The translations under genes and the position numbers were made by a program. Positions 1-9,130 of a DNA stretch of 60,000 nt are shown one piece after another; positions within the stretch are counted from its first letter, which is position 1, and every line of letters begins with the position of its first letter. Origin of the DNA: Vicugna vicugna. Lineage: Eukaryota. The DNA is taken from contig MU058009.1 in NCBI GenBank assembly GCA_013265495.1, positions 3,925,780 to 3,985,779 of the forward strand, given 5' to 3'. A model generated the notes under the pieces. The model ran no database searches. It saw nothing but the letters and a program-made list of their open reading frames with translations, and was not told where the DNA came from.

Positions 1-1844
1 TTTCTGTGGGCTGGGGGTTCTTGCCTTCCTTCCCAGGGATGGGCCTAAGCCCCCGTTAAACGCCGGAAGCAGAGATGCTGATTTCTCGCTCCGTGTCCTT
101 CTGTCCTCTCCGCCCTGCAGCCTCCGTGGCGTCGTGTCTCCTTCCAGTGGCTCCTGGCGGTTCCTCCCGCCGGGCTGCGTGCACGAAGCCGTGCCGCGAT
201 GACGCCTCGTCTCAGCGTCTTCCTTCCGCGCTGACAGGTGAATGACACCTTGACTGAGCGCAGGCTTCCAATGCCGTAGCCCTCTCTCCCAGTCACCTGC
301 GGCGGTTACACTGCTGTCCCCTGGCTCCCTGCGCTGCCCGTCTGACCCGCTCCCTCCGTAAGCCACTCCCTCTGTAGGACTTTGCGAGGCTGTGTATTTA
401 CATAGAATCCCAGAATTTTAAGGCGTGTGTTTTCTTGCCAATCCAGCCTGGAGCAGAGTAAAGCCATTCAATATTCGCACTCAGGTGCACCCTCGGCTCC
501 CCCACAGTTTCTCTGAGGCTCTGCTTAGATCCTACCTCTCTCCCCTCAGCTATTTTTTCCGCCTGTACGAAACAAGTTTTATTTGTTTATTAAACTCTGA
601 TGTCTACCCTCCTGACTGTCATCCTTTTATCCTTTTAATCTGTGCCTTGCGATATACTTTGCCCCTGAAATTCCAGGCAAGTAATTTGAGTCTCGGCAGT
701 GGCACTTTCTCTTTCTATTGAACTGCAGAATTTTGTGGTTAAAAAAATTATGCATTCTTTTTTTATTTCAGATATACTTGTGTTCTGCACTTGGCTCTCT
801 GTGTATCTGTGTATTATGTTTATATATAACATATATACTTAATTCACTCTGTCATCTTCTAGCAGCTCTGTTTTGCTGAACACATCATCCTCTAACTGCT
901 GGTGCCCCCTGAATGGATCATTTTTCTTTGCAAGTGGATTGGGATTCAGGTCGTGCTGAGAAATTACCAGTTAGGTGCTGGACGGCGGCGCAGTCTCTTG
1001 CTGGGGATCACTTCCTCTTACCCTCCTGGCTTCGGGAGCCAGGAGGACCCAGCCCCCTTGTTCAGCACCTGCTCGGTTTCCTGAGGACCTGGGAGAACCA
1101 GGCTGGTGTTGGGATGTTGACTTTCAACCTAGAATCACACAGTTTGCTGTGGGATAGACTTGTCCCAAGGTCAGGCCGTCTCTGGTCTGGATGATGACTC
1201 CCTGAAGGTACCTTCTAGTTCTTTTCCAGCTGGCAGGAGAGCAAGTCCTGCAGAAATTCTCTTCAGAGCACTTCCAGCGGCCTTGCTCGCACACGCCCTT
1301 TGGCCCAGACACGCGGCTCGAGAGAGACAGGTTAAAGCCGGCGATGAGGCCGCCACTCTGCCAGGTCTGTTCTAGTCCCTCAGAGGGATCTGTGGCGAGA
1401 TCTCTGTCAGACTGAGAAAGCAAGCAGCAACGGCCACGTGCAGGGGCAGCAGCACCGTGAGGCTCCCACGACCGTCTTGTCCCTGTGCCACCCTGTGTGG
1501 CGGGTGTTGTGGGAGAAGCAGGCTCGTGTGCGCAGCGCTGCCCCCGTGGTCAGCAGTTGGGAAAGGACAGCAGCAAAGCCCAGGCCTCCTTCTCCAGGTC
1601 CAGCGACGCTGGCACAGCTGTCTGGGCAAGCAGGGGGGCGTCGAGGCTGGTCTCGCCCCAGCCGCTTCAAGCCGAGTGCGTATTGAAGTGTCACAGCGAA
1701 GTACAGGGGGAGAGCGCGCAGCGCCCGGCGTCAGCGCGGACGGAGGACTTTCTGGCTGAGGAAGTCCTTTTTTAAACTCAGCACAGCGGTGGCTTCCTAA
1801 AGCCAAGAACATTATCCTTTTTTTGCCTTTTCATTTATTTGTGT

Positions 1845-2095
1845 GTGTGCTTACAATTTTATTGTGTCGTCTGTGTATGTGTGTGCACGCGCCTACCCAG
1901 ACACGCACGTGCGGGAAAGTAACATGGAAAGGTACAGCTTCGCACGTGTCCCAGGCCAAACACTTAACTGGCACCAGGATCGAGCAACAGACCATCACGG
2001 ACACTGAGAAGTCCCCTCCTGCTCTTTCTCGGTCAGCACCCCCTTAAGGGTGGTCATCACCCTGCTGTCCACAGCTCGAGGGCTTTTGCAGGAGC
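1845..2095 (-). mobile_element. Ancient LINE-1 (L1ME-type) 3' end fragment
   Basis: 'ggaaagtaacatggaaaggtacagcttcg...caccaggatcgagcaacagaccatcacggacactgagaagtcccctcc...aagggtggtcatcaccctg' follows the antisense L1ME 3'UTR pattern as recalled (aagtgtacagctc...cagatcaagaaacagaacattaccagcaccccagaag...aagggtaaccactatcctg). Confidence 0.6.
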
Positions 2096-2249
2096 AGCCT
2101 GGCTGACTACACGACGTGCAGCGTTTAACACGGGCGGTTCACCAGGCTTGGTGAGTGTCTGTGAGGGGAGCGAGTGAGTGGCGGTGTCAGTGAGTAACTG
2201 AGGAAGTCCTAAGGGACGGGACCCCGAGAAGGTGAAATGTTGCTAGATA

Positions 2250-2465
2250 GGGCTCTGAAGACTGAAGTGGGGACCCAGGTTTAATGGGTTTTGTGATTTG
2301 AGGCAGGTTATTTAACCTCGCTGAGCCTCGGTTTACTCGTCCAGAAAGGAGACACCAAAGCCTGTGTCGCTGGGCTTTCCGCCCTAAGCCTGAGCGTCTG
2401 TGTGTGGAACCGGCGCCTGCACCTGCCGGACTGTTTATTATTGGTACCTAGTAATTGTTGTTATG
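2250..2465 (+). mobile_element. MIR SINE
   Basis: Core 'tgtgatttgaggcaggttatttaacctcgctgagcctcggtttactcgtc' resembles the MIR core tgtgaccttgggcaagttacttaacctctctgagcctcagtttcctcatc. Confidence 0.7.
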
Positions 2466-2789
2466 GTAAGAAAAGGATCCGGCCGTCTGTATTTAGGGCA
2501 TGACTAATCCGCTTACCTTGCTCCTGTATCTTTTTAAATAACATTCAAATCCTTTTGAAAAATGACATTCTAATACAGTGGAAAGGGTTTGTCCATACTC
2601 AGCATCCTAGTGAACAGCAAAAGGAAATCAGCGAACAGCGAGTGCCACGGAGGTGATGCAGCTGGTTTGCGTCCTCGGATGGGTTCAGGTCCGGATCTGG
2701 GTTCCTGCTTCTCTGCCTGCGTCCTCTGATCACAGGGTGTTCTCGTGGACTTCTGACGCTCCAGGCCTCGGCCTGTGCCTGGTGGGGGG

Positions 2790-3600
2790 TCAGCGGCCCA
2801 GCCTGGCTGGGTTTAAGCCCCGGCTCCGAGTCTGCACCGTGACTGTCTGAGTCTGCTTATAACCGAGCACCGCCCCCGGCCCCGCCCCCGCCAGCGCGTC
2901 TTCGCAGCTGCGGCGCTGCCGCCGCCTCGGCTCAAGGCGCTCCCTCTCTGACCAGCGCCGCAGCCCCACGGCCTGTTCCATCGGAGGCAAGGAAGGATGC
3001 AGGCAAGACGCCCCAGACAGACAGACAGACACGCCGCGTCACAGAGCTCCTCCTGAAGTGCCACGTGCGGCCCTTGCTCTGGGAACGGGCATCGCTCTCG
3101 TTTCGCTTTCACGTGAGCGAGAGGGAGCATAAAGGCAGTCGGTTTGAGATGTGGGAGGCGTGACCAGGCTAGGAAGACAATTTGCTGCCTGCGTGACTTG
3201 TCCGGAGTCTGCTTAGTCGGTACATTCTGTGGAACGCCGCCTGTTTTCGCCAGTCGATTTGCGTAATCTCTCCCCGCCGCAAGCCGGGGCGGGCCGGCCG
3301 GATGCCCCGGAGGGCAGCCGCGCAGCCGCACTTCCGGGGGTGGAGTGGGGACAGCGCCGCCAGGCGCGCCGTGGGGCCTCTCCTCGGCGAGACGCGCCGC
3401 CGCCCAGAGGGCCTTTCCGCCTTCCCGCTTTCCCTCTCCGCCCAGTTTGCAGGAGCGGCACGACACTGCGCGCTGCCTGCGGCCGTGGTCTGGGGGCGCT
3501 GGCGTGGCGCCTGCCGCTCCCGCAGAACCTCGTCCTCGTGTCGGGGCGGGAAGCGCCGCGGGGCGGGCGCGGCCCTGCGTTCAGTCCCCATAAAAAAAAA
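2790..3600. promoter_or_regulatory. CpG island with promoter-type motifs
   Basis: About 800 bp of very high GC and CpG density. Motifs: GC boxes (2870-2892, about 3286-3293, about 3544-3550), TTATAA 2857-2862, E-boxes CACGTG 3062-3067 and TCACGTGA 3109-3116, C/EBP-PAR-like TTGCGTAAT 3259-3267, ETS/GABPA CACTTCCGG 3329-3337. Confidence 0.75.
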
Positions 3601-4015
3601 CGGAAATGCTGCTACTCTTTGGCTGCCCTGCTTCTCTAATTGTTATTTGTATTAATGATAAGGGTGCTGAATAGGATGTTAAGTCCCCGCGGAACTTGAC
3701 GTACACCCTTCCCCCGCACTTAACGCCGGGCACAGGCTCAGTGCACACGGGCTGATGACCGAATAAAGGGACGCCAGCTACCGTGCCCAGCGCTTTGTCA
3801 CGTTAGCCCCTTTAACTCAGAGCAGCCCAGCGCGTTTCACACACACACAGACTGGCGAGCAGAGGTGCTGAACAGCTTCCTGAGGCCGCAGCCCCTGAGG
3901 GTTTCCCCTCCCGGTGGTCCGACTGGAGTCCGTCCAGCACCCTCCATTGCTTGGTAATGGAACCAGCTTGGAACCACAGGCAGAGCTTCTGTTAGACCTT
4001 TAAAAATCCCTATGT

Positions 4016-4103
4016 GGGGTGGTGGGTGCAGCTCAGTGGAAGGGAGCATGCCTACGGTGCATGAGGTCCTGGGTTCGACGCCCAGTACCTCCATTAAAAA
4101 GGA
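4016..4103 (+). mobile_element. tRNA-derived short SINE, Vic-1-like (camelid)
   Basis: GGGG...GCAGCTCAGTGG (A box)...GAGGTCCTGGGTTCGACGCCCAGTACCTCCATTAAAAA (B box plus A tail). Flanked by an imperfect 14-bp TSD, AAAAATCCCTATGT (4002-4015) / AAGAACCCCTATGT (4104-4117), at a TT|AAAA L1-endonuclease site. Confidence 0.8.
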
Positions 4104-4182
4104 AAGAACCCCTATGTTCTGCAAACCTCACGCATCGTGTTTCCTGCCTCCTATTCTGTTTTTTTTTTTTTTTTTCTCCAAA

Positions 4183-4351
4183 NNNNNNNNNNNNNNNNNN
4201 NNNNNNNNNNNNNNNNNNNNNNNNNNNNNNNNNNNNNNNNNNNNNNNNNNNNNNNNNNNNNNNNNNNNNNNNNNNNNNNNNNNNNNNNNNNNNNNNNNNN
4301 NNNNNNNNNNNNNNNNNNNNNNNNNNNNNNNNNNNNNNNNNNNNNNNNNNN
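4183..4351. other. Assembly gap (169 N)
   Basis: Run of N flanked on both sides by T17 followed by (C)CTCCAAA. Confidence 0.99.
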
Positions 4352-5549
4352 TTTTTTTTTTTTTTTTTCCTCCAAAATCGGGAATCTGTGTGCTAGGAAA
4401 AGATCCTGGCAGAAGGTTCCTGAGGCAGAGATGCAACGTCTGGGGGCTTCTGCCTCGGTCTGAGCGTCAGACTGTGGGGCCAGGGTCGGGCTCAGCATCC
4501 AGCCACCGTGCCGAGCTCGCTTCTCGTCCCCTCTGTGTCAGAGAAAGGCAGACAGATGGGCAGGTTGTCACCGCAGAGCAGCAGGAGTGATGAGAGGGCT
4601 GGAGGGACTGACTCGGGAGATGAGATTAAACGACCTCAATATTTATCATTTGTTGGAGCTGTGACCATGGGACACACGGAATAACCATCCACAGGCACGT
4701 GCTGGGTGTCATCACCTCAGACGGCCGGGCTCTCCAGGCCAGTGGATGCCGGTTGTCAGAAAGGAACGGAGGCTGGGGGGTGCGAGGGACGGCGCTGTTC
4801 ACAGCCTGCTGAGCGCCTCGCTGTCCCCCTAGCCCCACCCCGCCACGTCCACATTCAGGGTCTCTTCTGCCCCTCTGTCTGGGCGGGGAGGTGACCCCAT
4901 CTCCCCATCCGACCCGGGGGCTGTCACACTGACGCTGTATGTACAAGCCAGTCCTGAGTGCCCGGGACAGCATTTTGTCAGGGGCCGCCTTAAACTGAAG
5001 CAGAAGAGGGAAAGGGGCCCTCCTTTAGGTCAGCGATGCTCAGAGTTACGGCCCTCAGCCAAACAAGTCACCCGAGGGCTCCCTGACGTCCGTGTCAGGT
5101 GTAAATTAGCCCTAGAACCTACGTGGCCGCCTGAGTTTCTCATCCACCATTGACGACTTCGTTCCTTGGGAGTCATCCTGAGGAAGACAGGATTTCACTC
5201 CTGCTCATTTTTTTCTGACTGATTTGTTGAATTCCAAAAGTGTTTGAATAAATAATGGCCACCGATGGAGCACAATATCGGTGCCCAGTGGCTGTCAGTT
5301 GAAGGAATGAAGGGATGAAGGATGGATGAATAAGCATGTGAAGTCAAAACTGCACCTTTTAGCCCTAAAATGCTTGGTGTCTAAACCAGAGCTAGATCGA
5401 GTGGAATTTAGAGAAACGGAGTTCTGTGCGACCTGTGAAAATCATTCATGCTCTTCGAAAACCCCTACTTGGATCGCTCCACCTTGAACAAAGAGTTCAG
5501 CCCAGAAAGCAGGCAATGCCCTGTCGAGACCTGTATCAGGAACACCCTG

Positions 5550-5660
5550 GCCACAGAGTAGGAGGTGGTGATTAAGGGTCTGGAGCTGGGGGCCTGCATT
5601 TGCGTGCCTGCTCCGCGGCTCACTGGACATGTGACCTCGCACGTGTAGCGGAAGCGTCAG
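5550..5660 (+). mobile_element. Degenerate MIR fragment
   Basis: 'gtggtgattaagggtctggagct...ctgctccgcggctcactggacatgtgacctcg' resembles the MIR 5' half. Confidence 0.4.
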
Positions 5661-6679
5661 CAGTGCGACCGTCTGGTCCCCGAGCACGAAGGAAGAATCA
5701 GCGACACTCACCTCGTCTTCACTTGCACTGTCCATACCTTGTCCATCATTGTTCTTGACTTCGTTTGATTTTCAAGAATATTGTATTAACACATGCGTGT
5801 TGATTACTGAGTTTCTCACTTAGATTCTGCTCCCAAGGAGAGATCTCCCCACTTCACTCTAGCCCCGTCCCTTCCATATCATCTTTTTCTTCATAGTAAG
5901 ATCGTGACGGGATGTTTTTGGTGTCATAGGACTTTTGCAGAATAGGTTAGTGATTGCTCCCTCACGGGGTCATTGTCAGAACTTATAGAATAGTGCGGTA
6001 TTCAGGCGCTGCCAGTGTGGGGTCAACAGGTGGTCGGTATTACAGTTACCGGCTGTTCGCTTAGCACCACGAGAATAGGGGTGCTGCAGGACTGTCCTTA
6101 AATAGACCACTGGTATAAGATCAAATGCTTGAGAAAATGACGCCCAGCCACCTCTAAGCTGACTTTTGCCCTCCTTTCCTGTTTCTGACAAAACTATCAG
6201 AATGCGGCGAGGTCACTTCCATCCGGTGTTTCTCCCGTGAGACTCCTGGTCCCACCAGGGCAGAGACAGCATCCTCGCAGGAGCTGGGTTCATGTTTAGG
6301 CCACCATGGGGCTAGCGCACGCTCATTCACGGAAAACGCTAGGCGTTTGTGGTATTTCTTCTGGGTGCTGGGTGTGGTCTGAAGTGTAGGAGAGGCAGTG
6401 ACCCATGTTGTGCGCGGTCTCAGGGGGCAGTTGACTGGGGAGAAGGGGCCATGGAAATGCCCGAATGTCAGAATAAGGGGCACAGTCACAAGGACGCACA
6501 GGTGCTCGGGGTGTAGCAGGTGGCAGGCCAGTGTGCACGCGACATGCTTGCAGCAGGGGAGGCCCGAGCTGCACGGCGACAGCAGACCAGGCCTTCTGCA
6601 TGTGAGGAGCAGGGAAGGTGTTTCAGACGGAGAGGACCTCAGAGCAGGATCTGTGAACCAGCACTTGTGTGTCGAGGTG

Positions 6680-7250
6680 CAAAGTCAGAGCCAGGCAGGA
6701 AATGCTACCCACACTGGTTACTTTACCAGAGATCATCTAATACAGAAAATCAGGCGGCAAGGTGTCGGCAGATTGAAGGGACTGGAGGAAACGCTGAAGC
6801 CCGTCCGGGGCTGGGGAGCAGGGGGAAGAAGTTAGGACTGTCCAGCCCCTGCGGGGTCTGCAGGAGGCCCTGCTGCGGAGCTGGGAGCCACCCTGGAGGA
6901 GAGGGGTGTCTCAGGAGCACAGGAGGGAGGGTGCAGGGCTGGGGGTCAGAGGTCTGGGGAGGGGTGAGGCTGCTGCCCCCGCTGGTCCCCAGGACAGTGA
7001 ACGGTGAGCTGAGCTGGGCAGTGGGGGAAGGAGCTGGAAAGGGAACCGCTTCTTCCCGGAAGTGAGCACAGCTGCCAGGGTCACTGCTGGGCAGTGCAGA
7101 CAGGACAGCTTCGGACAGGAAGGAGCCAGTCCCTTTCCCTTTTCCTGCCTTCTGTCCTCTGTCCCCTGCCAAAGACACGGAGTCTGCAGAGTCCCAGCCA
7201 CATCACCACAAGGCAGTACACAGAGGGGGCAGGTGGGCCTGAGAGGCCCG
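6680..7250 (-). mobile_element. Old ERVL-type solo LTR (LTR33/LTR41-like)
   Basis: Starts 'agtcagagccaggcaggaaatgctacccacactgg...atctaatacag' and ends 'caaggcagtacacagagggggcaggtgggcctgagagg', matching my recall of the reverse strand of LTR33-group termini. Confidence 0.5.
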
Positions 7251-9069
7251 GGATGTGTAAGTAACGTGGAATACCTCTGGCGCCAGGGGGCGGGGCGGGG
7301 GCTGGAGCGGGAGCCCAGGCAGAGCCCCCGGCGGAGGGGCGGAGGGCTTGGTGACACCCAGCCCCCCTGGAGCGCACGGTGTGACGTAGGGTGTAGGCAG
7401 CGCCTTCTGGAGAGGACGAAGCTCTCTGCCCCTTCCTCCTAGAGGGCGGCGTTAACAAGTCGCTGTCGCAGAAGCTGAATGCGTTACACTTACAGCCAGC
7501 TGAAAGTGATCCGTAGAAGTCATGGAAAATATTGAGCAAATAATTAAACAGATATCTCTTTCTCCCTTTTGTCTTCTCTTAGTAAAGCACTTCACTGTTT
7601 AATGAATACCTCAAGAAAATACTTAGCAGGGTCTAATAATGTAATTCTAATTAAGTGCTTCTTAAAATGAAAATGAAAATGATGCTGAATAGTGTGTTTA
7701 GTAAGTCACGACCTTGCTGAGAAATCTTTACACCAAGTCAACGACTTAAGGGCATTTATCAGAAGCTAGGGAGGTCGTTTGTACGTTGTTGTTTTCCTCT
7801 GCGGTGCCCAAGGGCGACCGAGAGCACATCGACTTTCTGCGAATGAACCACAGTCTCCATCCACATCTTCACCCAAACGTCTTGATGGAACATCCACTCT
7901 AGGTGTATACCACAAGGGAAGGTGTGATGCCGTGAGCCTTAGAGAAAGGCCCAATTCCCGCCCTCAGGGGATTCACGATTGAACTGAGGGGATGCAGCGG
8001 ACAGGCAGCGCTGTGCATGTCTGCGGCAACACCTCTGCTCGTCCCGGTTAGAATCCAAGGAAAGAAGAGGGCAGCGGGGCCAGTTCGATCCATGTCTTTT
8101 CCTCTAGCCGGTGGCTCATCGGGGGCGCGGGCACTTACTTTTTCGTTCTTTTGCTGATGTAGGCAGGAACTTTTCGAATATTGAAAAGTAATAACACCGT
8201 ACAGCAATGTGCATAAATCAATAACGCATTTTAGAACAAATACTAATGCAAGTCCCAGGTGTCTTTTCTCCTGGATGGGTTTTTATATTCATCGGAAAGT
8301 AACACAATCACTTTAGTGTGTAACACTAATTAAAAACTGTTGAATAATTTCCAACAGATATTAAGTAATTATTGGCAATTCCGTGTCAGCACCAGTAAAT
8401 AATTATCTTACCTTGTAACACGTAATTAAAATTGCGATGCCCCCCCAAAAGATGTTAAACAGTCATAAGTAACTCCAATTGTGCACAAGTAGCAGCCACA
8501 TATTCAACGCGGTTATGTTTATAATTTAAAATGACATTTTTCGTTTGACTGCTGATTTGTTAAGTTAAAAAAATCAATTTGCCTCTCTTAATGGGTTAAT
8601 GCCTTTTGGGGATACATCAGATGCTCTTCTGCCCAAGGTTGGCAGCTGGGCAGCAGAAAATTAGCCAGGCATATTGATACAAGACCTCAACAAGAAAAGG
8701 GCAGTGATAATGGGTGGCGGGGTAAAGCAGATTAACCGGAGACGTGCTCTGACGTGGTTCTTGCGATCCTCGTCTTGACGTGTGTGGACACACAGCCTGA
8801 GGTCTGCAGGCTCTCGGCACCTCCCCACCCCTCTCCCTAGTTGTCACTGTTATCCCGGAGCTGTCAGAGGACCACACGTGGTGCAGTGTCCTTCTCCTCC
8901 GCTGCTGGGGATCGGCGTCGACGCGCAGGGGGCCGAGGGAGGCTCTTCCAAATGTCAGTGCCCCTGGCCCACAGCCGGGCGTTCACCAGAAGAAGGGCGT
9001 GGCCGTGGGGGTGACGAGAATGAGGTGTCCAAAGCCTGGTTGCTGTGGAGCAGAGAGCAATCTTTTCCT

Positions 9070-9130
9070 GGTTCACTTAACAAACATTTAGTGAGCACGT
9101 GTTATGTGCTTGGTGCTAAGGTTGGTGCTG
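9070..9130 (-). mobile_element. L2 3' tail fragment
   Basis: 'ttcacttaacaaacatttagtgagcacgtgttatgtgcttggtgctaagg' matches the antisense L2 3' end (ttcaacaaatatttattgagcacctactatgtgccaggcactgtgctagg). Confidence 0.6.

Noticed and set aside
2813..3655. Multiple Arg/Pro/Ala/Gly-rich ORFs
   Set aside because: Typical CpG-island artefacts with no recognisable protein.
4016..4100. tRNA gene
   Set aside because: It has A/B boxes, but the A-rich tail, TSD and degenerate stems indicate a tRNA-derived SINE.
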